Assembly: GCA_964035545.1 (NCBI GenBank) | Contig: OZ037770.1 | Location: forward strand, 10,422,973 to 10,486,972 | Source of the DNA: Bugula neritina | Taxonomy: Eukaryota > Animalia > Bryozoa | DNA length: 64,000 bases | Reading direction: 5' to 3' | In this document: positions 1-12,413 of the stretch, one piece after another | Position numbering within the stretch: position 1 is the stretch's first letter | Layout of the letters: each line of letters opens with the position of its first letter | Notes under the pieces: generated by a model | Told to the model about the DNA's origin: nothing | Seen by the model: the letters and a program-made list of their open reading frames with translations, nothing else | Database searches by the model: none | Position numbers and translations under genes: made by a program

Positions 1-1971
1 AGGCTTACTGCTGAGACTATCAATTGGCATATAATAAATAAATTTGCTGCCTCTAATATGCACTCAGTTTATCATAATGGAAGGACAACTCTGATCTACC
101 TGAAAATGCCCATTTGATTTTATCAACAACAGCCATGGTAAACTTGTATAATTACACTGCTTGCAGTTTGTGTATATTTCTTATGCAAATGCAGGTATTG
201 CTCAGTTATTCAATGACTAGTATTTGGCAATGCACTGTTGCTATTCTTTCATATGACAGAGAAAGCGTTAGCCAATAGGAATCATTATTCCCACTGAGGA
301 GGGGCGCGACTACAATAAACAATCACAGTTGGCATTCTAGTATTAGTTAATGCACTGTTGCTTTACAATGGAATATAGAAAGCATTAGCCAATAGGAATC
401 ATCACATTCTGACTGACAAGGGGCGTGGTTTCAAGAAACAATAATTCAAGTTGGCATAAATTATTCCAAGTTTATTTACAGGTAAAATATTACTATATTT
501 TATAATGAATAGCTACACTATGAAGTAGAACCTAAAGTACAGTATTATACAGAATCATTAAAACATGATGAGTAGAATTATAACTTACTGACCTTACTGG
601 AAAATATACACAATAGTTGAGTATGTGAATTACTGGTTGTATAATAGTGAAGCAGCTATACATTGTAAGAAATTATAAAATATTTACTGTATAAATATAA
701 TGTCACATGTATTCATTATGTTACACGTGTTGCTAATGTATAATAATAATAACATTAGCCAATAGGAATCCTATAGCCTCAGTACCAGTGCAAATACTTG
801 TCAAAGAGAAGGCGACTCTTACTCTGATGTGTATATGTGGCCATTTTGTTGAGGAACTCAATTCTATCTTTATCATCTCAGCACTTACAATGTTATTAAG
901 ATTTACAGTAAAGTATATTTCATAATATTGCTATATATCTGTTGATGAATCTTTCACCAGCTAGGTCCTTTATGTTCTAGTACAATGTTTCTCTATAATA
1001 TGTCACTTTATATTACTCATTGTAATTCATATGCTAATGAAGTGAATATAAATAAAGTATAATTAATAAACTCTTACAATTCAGAGCATGTATATCACAT
1101 GACAATAGATCTTCTGTAGACCTGGGGGAGTAGACTGTTGCACCACCATTGATTAATTAAATATATAATTAATTATTTTCTCATCATGTTGCAGTATAGA
1201 CATTCTTCAGCTCTGATATTTCCTAACTATAGAGTTATACTTAATTATAGTTGATAGCCAACTGCACATGTTGTTAGTGCTACACACTGTAAAATAATTG
1301 CCCCCATTCGAACCACAAACCTCCAGCTTGCAAGCAGGCACACTAACCAATTACACTACAGGGGTTTCGGGATTCCAAGCAACACACACCAGATATATAT
1401 GTCTACAAGTACATGATTATAACCCCATAATCATTACAAAATATGGTTTCAAACTCTTTAATGTAGTGAGGAAAGATAAAATATTATAATGTGCTGATAT
1501 TTAATGTCATGGTGAGGTATAAAACATGTGATGAGATAAACATTAAGCTTTCCTATATGTTGTGTTTGTCATGTATTATAATACAATGGTTTGCTCTTTG
1601 ATGGTTGTAGTTGTATGATTATAGCAAGCCAGTCATTTGTTCCTGTCAATTATTGCAGTTTTTAGGACTTATACAGTTGCTAGAATTTTATAAGCATGTC
1701 TAGAAAAATGCGGTATTTATTTCGTTTCAAAATAATAAAATAATTTAGTATAAGAATTGTCTGAAGATGTGTCAAAACGCTGTATAGCCTTGCAGGCTAC
1801 GGCCTTTTGCATATAATAGTAACTTAGTATTATGGTAAGGAACAGGGATGCCCATAAGCGCAGGATGTAGAAGTAAGACAACCCCGTGCTTTCGTCGGAG
1901 AACTAGAAAACGTTAAAATGGGAGTCGCGCGCTTTCACTCATACATTAATATCCGGTTGTTATCTTCCGTT

Positions 1972-1982
1972 GGGGATTTCCC
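1972..1982 (+). promoter_or_regulatory. NF-kB/Rel-type site in the putative promoter of copy 1
   Basis: GGGGATTTCCC fits GGGRNYYYCC. It lies in the most CpG-dense host block of the unit (about 1850-2000), with TTCCG (Ets-like core) just upstream. Confidence 0.6.
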
Positions 1983-2119
1983 GAACGCCATTACTAACTT
2001 AAACTTTAGTCATTAGTGTCAGTATTCTGCTGAATTGCTGATGAAGTTTCAGTTGACTAAATAAAACTAACTTCCAGAGTGATCAGTGGCTCAAAAGTGA
2101 TTAGATCACACGCGCCAGC

Positions 2120-2757
2120 TACTGTGATTTAACAAAATGCAGTGCTAAATTGTCATTCACTTGCAATTTGCAGCGCTTCTACTTGCCACTTTATTACTTA
2201 TTACTTAATCTTATTACAGTAGTACTAGTAGTATTACTATTAGTATTAGTAGTGGTAATAACACTAGTAGTACTTTAATAGTAGTAGTACTACTAGTGAA
2301 TTACTAGTTTTCTACTAGCAGTACTATTACTAGTACTACATTAGTACTAGTAGTAATAGTAATACTATTAGTATTAGTATTACTATTAGTTTTAGTATCA
2401 CTCTGACTTATAGTTAAAATATTATTATTAGTAATAGTGTAATACTGTGATTTAACAAAATGCAGTGCTAAATTGTCATTCACTTGCAATTTGCAGCGCT
2501 TCTACTTGCCACTTTATTACTTATTACTTAATCTTATTACAGTAGTACTAGTAGTATTACTATTAGTATTAGTAGTGGTAATAACACTAGTAGTACTTTA
2601 ATAGTAGTAGTACTACTAGTGAATTACTAGTTTTCTACTAGCAGTACTATTACTAGTACTACATTAGTACTAGTAGTAATAGTAATACTATTAGTATTAC
2701 TATTAGTTTTAGTATCACTCTGACTTATAGTTAAAATATTATTATTAGTAATAGTGT
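2120..2757. repeat. Direct tandem duplication of about 320 bp in the TAG/TAC-rich region upstream of copy 1
   Basis: TACTGTGATTTAACAAAATGCAGTGC starts at 2120 and again at 2443; the copies are nearly identical. Confidence 0.85.
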
Positions 2758-3731
2758 CACTGATACTAATACTAATAGCAATACTGTAATAGTATTACAG
2801 TATTATGACTACTACAACTGTTAGAATCATTATCATATTTATACTCATAGCCATAGTGATAGTGACCCTGTCTACTTATAGTTACACTAATACTAATAGT
2901 AACATTATCATATGACTAACACTTTTCGAAATAGAATGTAATTAATGAAAGTGCATGTGATTGAATCATTGTCATTAGTGTTATGAATAATAACCTATAA
3001 GTGCGAGTATCAATATGAGTGTAAGTATGATTATCTGAATACCAAAACATATAATACTGAGTCCTATACTTATAGTTACTATAAGTATAAGACTCCCAGT
3101 ATCAATATTCAGGTTGACATTTACCTGCATTAGCCATTCACTGAATCAATAACTTTGAGTATCAACATATAGTTAATATCGAATATGAATATCAAGATGA
3201 AGACCGCTGTTAAGTGTTAGTGATTATTAGTATCACTCTGACTATCCATATTACTAAGAGTGGAAGTAACAATATCCTTATTCTATGTTCTAAATATAAG
3301 TTTTCAAATTTATTGTAAATCTCTGTAACTACATGACATAGTACAATATGTGTACAGCATCCTGTTGGTTAATCAAATTGTGGGAATTCTTTGTGAATTT
3401 CCTTTTCAATATTTGAAAATTTTCAAGTTCAAGTCGAATGATTTTATCAAATTAGTTATTATTAATTATCCACTGCTTATAGCTAATGTTTTTACTTTTA
3501 ATCTGCCTCTTTTGTATTGCTTTTTTGATATTTGAAAGGCATGCAGTTTTAATTCATGGGGTTTCACTGTAACTCAGTAATTTAGTGCTGGTTTTTGATA
3601 GAACACATATTATGTGTATTTTAACTGCTTCTAGAGATTTGTTTTGTTTGTTTTATTTTTTCCTATCAATGTTTCTAAGAAAAAGTGTTTTTATGCAAAG
3701 CTTACATTTCTATTTTATAGAGTAGGTCTAA

Positions 3732-6700
3732 ATGGCAGAGGCTGCAGTGGAAAAAGTTGAGTGTGGATTCTGTTTACTTGAAGAAGGTTTAGAGAATCCC
3801 AAGTGTCTACCATGTGGTCATGTACACTGTTTACTGTGTCTTACTCGTAATGTTGATGTGAATGACATGATCAGGTGTCCCTGGTGTAGGTAAGTTAGTA
3901 GTTTTGTATAGGCAGAGCTGAGACATACTTTTGGTAAAGAGTTATGATTTACATCATATGTTTTACCTTATAAAAAATTCTTGCATTTCGTTGAAATATA
4001 GTTTCAATTATCACTGAGTAATTATGTGTCTTGTCACAGAGAAGTGTTTGATGTGAGAGTGGAGAATCTTCCCTCTGCTGATGTAGAGGACAACTCCGTA
4101 TCATGTGACGTCTGCACTAAGAAAGGGATAGAGAAAGTACCAGCAGTAACCTACTGTACTGTGTGTCGTAAACTATTTTGTAGAAAACATGAGGAGGTAA
4201 TTCCCTAGCATAACTCTTTTTAAATCAGTGAGTGACTGTTTATTTTTTTGTTGCTCAGCTTTTCAAAGTGATTGTCATAATTAGCTATAAATTTACTTCA
4301 GTGTGAAATTCTTTTATTTTCTTAAAGACATCCCCCACAATTTGACAATATTTTACATTTTTTTTGCTATGCATGGCTGAGTTTTTTTTAATATAATAAT
4401 TAATATTAATTGACCCTTGTTCATCACAGTCAACAAGTAGTCTTGCATTCTGTAAAACCTTTTTGGGGGTTTACTAAGCAGATAAAATACATTATTTTGT
4501 ATCTAACATCATGAGGATGTAATGCTCTGTAGTGATAGCCTCTAGACTGTGTTCTTAACCTCGCTATGTGCAGTTGAGTTATGTTTCTCAGTAAATATGT
4601 ATTCTGTTATATTCAGTCACATGATGACACCAGTGATGACCACCAGAAGATGACCATCTCTGACTACAGAATACAAGCCAAGAGATTGGAGAAACGAGTT
4701 TGTCCCAAACACACAGCATATCCCTACTCACTGGGATGTAAAATCTGCGTTCAGATATTTTGTTTGCAATGCACATCTTCAACCAACTTATGTGTTGGAG
4801 GTACAGAATTTTTATACTATTATTTCATGCTATAATTATCATTCAACTTTGGTTTGCTTAATGCAATTTTTCTGTTTTTTTTTTAGTCGGAGATAATGTG
4901 CTCTTTGCCTTTTGCATTTACTTGAATTCTTCAAGATTGATATCAAAATTTATAAAGTTAGCATAGCAATCTAATAGTAAAAACAGACCTGGCTGAAAAA
5001 ATAGTACGACACAGTTAAAAAATACCTTTGAATAATAATGATTGATGTTAGGATTTTTATGCTGTGATTTTATGCTATACTTATTTGGCAACTTTTGATC
5101 TTTTAGTAATTATGATAGTGCATTAGTTGGCTTTTTAAAAATAACTTGAATCTTTTAACAAGATGAGGTCAAAATGTATAAAGTTAATGTAGGAATTAAA
5201 TAGTAAAATCAGACCTGACTAAAAAATAGCATGACAGAGTTGGAAACATATGTTGGATTGACATTTTCTCTGATTGGAACTCAACCAGTCTTTATACAAG
5301 ATGTTGTACACCAATAATATGAAATACTTGTTCACAATGAGCCTGTATTGAATGAGTTCCAAACATAATTTGAAATATACTAATAAATTGCTTGTGCAGA
5401 TTGAAATGAATCTATATTGTATTACACAGATTCTGAGCATAAGCTGGTTAATTTGGATGACCTAATTAAAGACCTGATCAATATTGATGAATTGACTTCT
5501 GCAGAAGACAGGATGTCCGCCCACTTTAAACAATTATCTAAAACCTTATCTGATTTTGATACGGAGACTGGTGAATTGCTGAATATTCTTCATACACAGC
5601 GAGATGAGCATGTAAGATTATTATTGGTGTGATATATTTTAATATGCTTATGAATCTTTTATTAGATATTTATGCTTCAACGTGCTGGTAACTTCCGTTT
5701 TTCGGAATTGCCTTGCTTTGATTAACTAGGTCACAAATCTCGATATTTGAAGGTTTAAATAAAAGTAAAAAAGTAACAGTGCTATCTTTAACTTCCTGTA
5801 ACTTTTGTGTTGAGTTCTCAGTCTTATAATAATATATACTTAGCTAGTTGATATCATATTATCAAATACTTGTTTTAGTTGACTGAAGTGAGACTAAAGT
5901 ATGAGAAACTGGAGAAGGAATTCTCAGCTAGTAGAAAGAAGACTAAAGAGGAACTGAACAGATACATGGAGAGAGAAGTTGGAACTGTTTTGTCTCAACT
6001 GAGTAACAATAGAATGAAAATAGAAGCTCAACTTAGACAAAACCATCAGGTTTGTAGAATTCAATATTTTCCACTAAACTGATTTTCCATTTTACTGTTT
6101 TCTGTCTTGTAATAATTTCTACTTATGATTTACACTTTGCGGTGTGTAAGAGATTCTAGTAGGTAGGCCTGTTTCTTTTCTCAATTCCTTGGGACCACCA
6201 GCAATGGTGCTGTCAAATAAATTTGTATATGTAAGACGGTTTTGTATGTTTTATAGTGGTATAGGTTATATCATAGTGTATGTTATATAATAGTGTATGT
6301 CGGGGATGGGCAAATGTTTGTGAAATGAGGGGCCAGATCTCAAGATTTAAGGTGTCAGAAGGGCCAGGTTTGTTTGTTGTAAATTCAAGGTACACAATGC
6401 TGAACTATTAATTGCAAATATAAATTGCCTTTTCTTCAGTTTCCTGAGCTAAAAGTGTAAATGCCAGAATGTAGATGCAGAATATAAAAGATATGACAGT
6501 TTATTAATTTAACAAGTTGTATATAGTTTTCTAAGCAAGAAAGCAGCAAATAATATATTGGGTACACTTAGAGTACTGGAATTAGTGAGAAGTATAAAAA
6601 ACACTTTTAGTAGCCATATTAGCACTAATGTCACTGCTAGTTGTGGGTTCATGTATGGCTACTTGCAGATGTTCTTTGGTGAGCTAGCTGTGTTCTATTA

Positions 6701-6819
6701 CTATTTGTATATGGTTCATGCTAGAAAACATGCATTTGCATCTATAAGTATAACTAAATCACAGGCTATAATTGTTATTCATCTGGTGCTGTTTTAATTT
6801 ATTACAGGAAATAGACTGA
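3732..6819 (+). CDS. TRIM-family gene copy 1 (type A), truncated: RING, B-box, B-box, coiled coil only; exons 6-8 deleted
   Basis: Exons 3732-3889 (MAEAAVEKVECGFCLLEEGLENPKCLPCGHVHCLLCLTRNVDVNDMIRCPWCR, C3HC4 RING), 4040-4196, 4617-4800, 5430-5611, 5879-6049, all GT-AG and in frame. At about 6755-6765 intron 5 jumps to the 3' region of the unit. Splicing to the acceptor at 6807/6808 would add EID-stop (287 aa); that last join is inferred. It could be a pseudogene. Confidence 0.75.
6301..6372. mobile_element. Possible left end of a hAT/Charlie-type MITE in intron 5 (also about 61483-61555)
   Basis: C(A/G)GGGATGGGCAAA...GGGGCCAGAT resembles such termini; no right end or TSD found. Confidence 0.25.
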
Positions 6820-7689
6820 TGTGGAACAGGAAGTAGTTTTTACAGCAGACACATCTAGTTATTTGGTTTAGAAAGTGACAAGTGAAAAGGCAGCTGATTG
6901 GTCCATTCATCTGACCTAGTAACACTCTATGGTTACATTACCATGTCATTCATATGATACTTATTGTAACATTATTCTATATTATCTATCATACAGGACT
7001 GAGAACTAAGTAGTAGCAGTTATTGTATATTATCTTTCTTATAGGAGTGAAAACTCTGTAGTACACCATTTCTATTAATAATCAAAGGCAGTTTTATTAT
7101 ATATAGTATATATATTTCAAGACTAATAAATGGCTTAAACTAGGAAATGACCTTTTATATCTACAGGGCAACAAGGCATATTATATTGATGGTAGTGTTT
7201 ACAAATTACTCTTTACGTGGTAACAGTAAATCAACAAATTCCAAATCCCGCTAATGGTACATATATCATTTAACCAGCATATTGTAAATATTGGAAACTT
7301 ACAATGTAATATTGTCTTAGTAATATTATGCACATCAAAGTGTGGTACACTGGCTTATATACATTCAAGGGGCATGTTATATTCCCTAGCATGTTATCAG
7401 TGAACAAAATATTATAAACATTATGAAGGCTTACTGCTGAGACTACCAATTGGCATATAAGAAATAAATTTGCTGCCTCTAATATGCACTCAGTTTATCA
7501 TAATGGAAGGACAACTCTAATATGGCAGAAAATGCCCATTCCAGTTTCTCTAAACAACCACGGTAAACTTGTGTAATTACAGTGCTTGCAGTTTGTGTGT
7601 ATTTTTCTATATGCAAATTGCAAGTATTGCTCAGTTATTCAATGACTAGTATTTGTATTGTTGCTTGTCTTTCACATCTAATAGAGAAA

Positions 7690-7862
7690 GCATTAGCCAA
7701 TAGGAATCACCACATCATTCCTACTGAGGAGAGGCTTGACTACAATAAACAATTACAGTTGGCATTCTGTTACCAGGTAAAGCACTGTTGCTTTACAATT
7801 ATATATAGAAAGCATTAGCCAATAGGAATCATTACATTCTGACTGACAAGGGGCGTGGTTAC
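7690..7862. promoter_or_regulatory. Duplicated CCAAT-box plus GC-box module
   Basis: CATTAGCCAATAGGAATC followed by (G)GGGCGTG-type boxes, twice per unit. Also at about 265-430, 20950-21120 and 48155-48322. Confidence 0.35.
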
Positions 7863-8234
7863 AAGAAACAATCATTCAAGTTGGCATAAATTATTCAAGG
7901 TTTATTTACAGGCTGCAGGTAAAATATTACTTTTTAATAATGAATAGATACACTATGAAGTAGAACCTAAAGTACAGCATTGTACAGAATTATTAAAACA
8001 TGATGAGTAGAATTATAACTTACTGACCTTACTGGAAAATATACACAATAGTTGAGTATGTGAATTACTGGTTGTATAATAGTGAAGCAGATATACATTA
8101 TAAGAAATTATGTAATATTTACTGTATAAATATAATGTCACATGTATTCTGTAACACATAATAAATACATAAATTAGAAAGACAGAAAAATATAAAAGCA
8201 ATATGAAAGACAGTTTAGAGGTCAGTGGACAGTT

Positions 8235-9116
8235 CTATGTAACACAGAGTAAGCCTTTGAGCTCTAGAAGAGCAGAGTGAACAGATTCAGTGAACTTTGA
8301 CATCTCCGTTCTGTGTTGATTTGTAGACTGAGTGACTGAAGCTATGCTGGAGAATTCAGACAAGTAATGATGAAGAATGTCAAAGTGTGGTTCAGTCTTA
8401 TGTTTCTCCAGAATGTAACTCTGCATCTCATTGTACTTAGCCTGTGATACAACATTATAACTCAGTGTAGATGTGTGGAGCATAGTCTATTTATTAATAC
8501 AAGATGGTAGAAAAATGTTCTTTCTATAAGCAGCTCCTAATTGAAGGTTCTCAAGTTGAGAATTTAGGTTGGTACTTCGAACTCCAAACTGAGAGGCCTT
8601 CAAACTACTGCATTCGATCACCCCCAACTCGGGGCTGCTTATAGATAATTTCGTAGAGAAAATATTGTACTTCAGCCGGCAAAATATTAAATATTAAAGT
8701 TATGCACATAAACACCCTGTATGTACATGAAAAGTGTGCAGGAAAATATACTTACTGGATATAGAACAATAAGGTAGTAGAGAGTGTGAGATATTATTGT
8801 CGTCAGGTCAAGGTCAAACGCCTCAAACAACATTGTGTTTAAAATTGGCTGTAAACAAACAAAACTACATATATTAGATAAGGCAGAAAAGGTGTTGATT
8901 TGTGTATAGGTGTGAATTGTACTTTTCAAGATGGCTGCTACCAACATGATGAAGTGTAGTGCATTAGTTGAAGTAGAAACTCACAGCAAGGGTGAAGAAA
9001 CAGAAAGACAATTAAAGGATAGAAGGGAGTTTTTGCATAAAATACACTCAGATGTAGGAAAATATGATAGCCTCAGTACCAGTACAACCACATGTCAAAG
9101 AAAGGCGACTCTTACT
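8235..9116 (-). pseudogene. XPO4: Exportin-4-like 3' gene fragment (last exons), between copies 1 and 2
   Basis: Minus-strand exon 8848-8756 (ttttgtttgtttacag|PILNTMLFEAFDLDLTTIISHTLYYLIVLYP|gtaagt) and terminal exon 8441-8235 (gtatcacag|AKYNEMQSYIL...ELKGLLCVT-stop). These match my recollection of the vertebrate XPO4 C-terminus (LVFDML...FYTLVCLHQ-AEYSELV...VGGLLCVK). The upstream exon-like segment 9116-8985 has in-frame stops. Confidence 0.7.
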
Positions 9117-10012
9117 CTGATGTATATAATATGTGGCCATTTTGTTGAGGAACTCAACTCTATCTGTATCATCTCAGCACTTACAATGTTATTAAGATTT
9201 ACAGTAAAGTATTTTTCATAATATTGCTATGCATCTGTTGATGAATCTTTCACCAGCTAGGTCCTTTATGTTCTAGTACAATGTTTCTCTATAATATGTC
9301 ACTTTATATTACTCATTGTAATTCATATGCTAATGAAGTGAATATAAATAAAGTATAATTAATAAACTCTTACAACTCAGAACATGTATATCAAATGACA
9401 ATAGATCTTCTGCAGGCCTGGGAAAGTAGACTGTTGCATCAGAACTGAATAATTAAATATAATTTATAAGTATTTTCTCATCATATGCTGCAGTATAGAC
9501 ATTCTTCAGCTCTGATATTTTCAAACTATAAATTTATACTTATAGTTGATAGTCAACTGCACATATATTTAGGTAGAAATACCAGATTTGTGTAATAGCT
9601 TGTATATATATGAGTTTTAAGTTTTAACCCTATGAACATAACAACATATAGTTTCAAACTATTTAATGTGGTGGGGAAATATACAATATGTGATAATCTT
9701 TCATGTCATGCTGAGGTGTATAACATGTATGTAATGAGACGGCCAAGCCTTTAAATCATTCCACATTTGTTGTGCTTGTCATGTATTATAATACAGTAGA
9801 ATTGTACAGAGGTTGTTTAAGAAACTGTTTTGCAAAGTTAATGATTTTTGCAAGCCAGTCATTTGTTCCTGTCAATTATTGCAGTTTTTAGGACTAATTA
9901 CAGTTGCTAGAATTTTATAAGCATATTTAGAAAAGTGCAATATTTATTTTATTTTAAAATAATATAATAAATTGGTATAATAATTGTCTAATGATGTGTC
10001 AAAACGCTATGT

Positions 10013-10156
10013 AGGCTTGTAGGCTTGTAGGCTTGCAGGCTTGCAGGCTTGCAGGCTTGCAGGCTTGCAGGCTTGCAGGCTTGCAGGCTTGCAGGCTTGC
10101 AGGCTTGCAGGCTTGCAGGCTTGCAGGCTTGAAGGCTTGCAGGCTTGAAGGCTTGC
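10013..10156. repeat. Octamer minisatellite (AGGCTTGC)n, about 18 units
   Basis: Direct reading; it explains the spurious ACKPASLQ ORF. Confidence 0.95.
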
Positions 10157-10329
10157 GCGCTACAGCCTTTTGCATATAATAATATTATTATGGTAAGGAG
10201 CATGCATGTCCATAAGCGGAAGATGTAGAAGTAAGACAACCCCGTGCTTCTGTCGGAGAACTAGAAAAGGTTAAAATGGGAGTCGCGCGCTCTCCTTCAT
10301 ACATTAATATCCGGTTGCTATCTTCCGTT

Positions 10330-10341
10330 GGGGATTTCCCC
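10330..10341 (+). promoter_or_regulatory. NF-kB/Rel-type site, copy 2
   Basis: GGGGATTTCCCC in the homologous block. Confidence 0.6.
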
Positions 10342-10559
10342 GAACGCCATTACTAACTTGTGCCATTAGTGTCAGTATTCTGCTGAATTGCTGATAAAAT
10401 TTTAGTTGACTCAATAAAACCAAACTTCAGAGTGATCAGTGGCTCAAAGATGATTGGATTAAACGCTTTAGCTACTGTAATTTAACAAGATGCAGTGCTT
10501 AATTGTCATTCACTGGCAATTTGCAGCGCTTCCACTGGCCGCTTTATCACTTCTACTTA

Positions 10560-11100
10560 AAGTTATAGTTATACTTATAGTTATACTCATAGTTACAGTT
10601 ATTAATATTACTTATTAGTTATTACAGTAGTAGTAGTATTACCATTAGTATTATTAGTGGTAGTAGTACTAGTAGTACTTCAATAGTAGTACTACTTTTA
10701 GTGAAGTACTAGTGTTTTTACTAGCAGTACTACTACTAGTACTTCACTAGTGATTAGTGAAGTACTAGTACTAGAAAGTAGTAGTAGTAGTGCTTGGCAC
10801 TATCACTATGGCTATTAATTGAAAATTCGTTTTGAATTTGACTTTCAAATTCAACACTGATTATGAACTAGAATACTATTATGAGTATCGTTTTTAAACT
10901 CAGTATGAGTATCAGCATGACTATGAGTATGAGACATGAGGTTAAGTTAGAGTATTCGTTGATTAAATTTAATAGTATTACTATTAGTTTTAGTATCACT
11001 TTGACTTATAGTTATATTATTAGTATTAGTAATAGTATTACTGATACTAATACTGTAATAGTATTAAAGTATTACGACTGCTACAACTGTTAGAATCATT
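10560..11100. repeat. Cryptic simple sequence (TAG/TAC/TAT triplets, AGTACT/ACTAGT, TATAGT hexamers) present in every unit
   Basis: Also about 2200-2900, 24400-24800, 32880-33030 plus 38880-39270, and 50950-51260. Confidence 0.8.
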
Positions 11101-12413
11101 ATCATATTCATACTGTTAGCCATAGTGACACTGTCTTTTGATAGTGATACTAATAGTAACATTATCATATAACTAACACTTTTTGAAATAGAATGTGATT
11201 AATGAAAATGCATGTGAGTGACTATCACTATCACTTACACTATCACTCTGACTATGGTTTTTTGCTGCGTGTTTGTTGGTAACCACTACCCTAACCAATA
11301 ATCATTATAAATATAAGCCTCTTTACACTTTAAAACTATTACTATGATTATGGGTATGGCATTGTAGATATCACTATAACAACTATAAGTGTTATTACTT
11401 ATCAATTATCATGTTTGTTGTAATTAATGAATAAATCATTATAATTCTAGTGATTATGAATGATTAAATTATTGTCATTAGTGTTATGAATAATAACCTA
11501 TTAGTGTGGGTATCAATATGAGTATAAGTATGATTATCTGAATACCAAAACATATAATGCTGAGTCTTATACTTATAGTTACTATAAGTATAAGACTCCC
11601 AGTATCAATATTCAGGTTAACATTTACCTGCATTAGCCATTCACTGAATCAATAATTTCAAGTGTCAACATATGTGACCTGACACCACAAAACAGGAGAT
11701 GTATATAAAGTTTCCAAAACTTAGTTATAATTATGAAATGATAGAGCAGACTTTCCCAAACATTTTGCACTTTATTTAAAGTCTCTAGCACAAATAGAAC
11801 TTGAGATATCAACATCAGCCATTCACTGAATGAGTATCAACATATAGTTAAGATGGAATATGAATATCAAGATGAAGACCACTGTTAAGTGTTAGTGATT
11901 ATTAGTATCACTCTGACTATCCATATTACTAAGAGTAGAAGTAACAATATCCCTATTCTATGTTCTAAATATAAGTGTTCAATTTTATTGTGAATATTTG
12001 TAACTACATGACATAGTACAATATGTGTACAGCATCCTGTTGGTTAATCAAATTCTGGAAATCTTTTCGATTCAATAGTTGAAAATTTTAAGCAGTTCAA
12101 GTCGAATGGTTTTATCAAATTAGTTATTATTAATTATCCACTGCTTATAGCTAATGTTTTTACTTTTAATCTGCCTCTTTTGTTTTGCTTTTTGATATTT
12201 GAAAAGCATGCAGTTTCAATTCATGGGGTTTCACTGTAGCTCAGTAATTTAGTCCTGGTTCTTTATAATACACATATTACTTGTATTTTAAATGCTTCTA
12301 AAGATTTGTTTTGTTTGTTTTATTTTTCCCTTACAATTCTTTGTTGAAACATGTTTCTAATAAAAATTGTTTTTATGTAAAGCTTACATTTATATTTTAT
12401 AGGGTTGGTCTAA

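Noticed and set aside
8442-8483. ATG start of a standalone 82-aa minus-strand protein
   Set aside because: A good acceptor at 8442 and the XPO4 alignment make the first 14 codons intronic.
8931-9221. Plus-strand ORF MAATNM...VEVETHSK (also 22256 and 31342)
   Set aside because: Antisense to the XPO4-like exon; frame and length differ between units.
9186-9290. Further minus-strand exon-like segment as another XPO4 exon
   Set aside because: Splice-like ends are present, but all three frames have stops and I see no recognisable similarity.
9988-10239. Signal-peptide-like ORF with ACKPASLQ repeats (also 32360-32560)
   Set aside because: Translation of the octamer minisatellite; non-ATG start and not conserved in type-A units.
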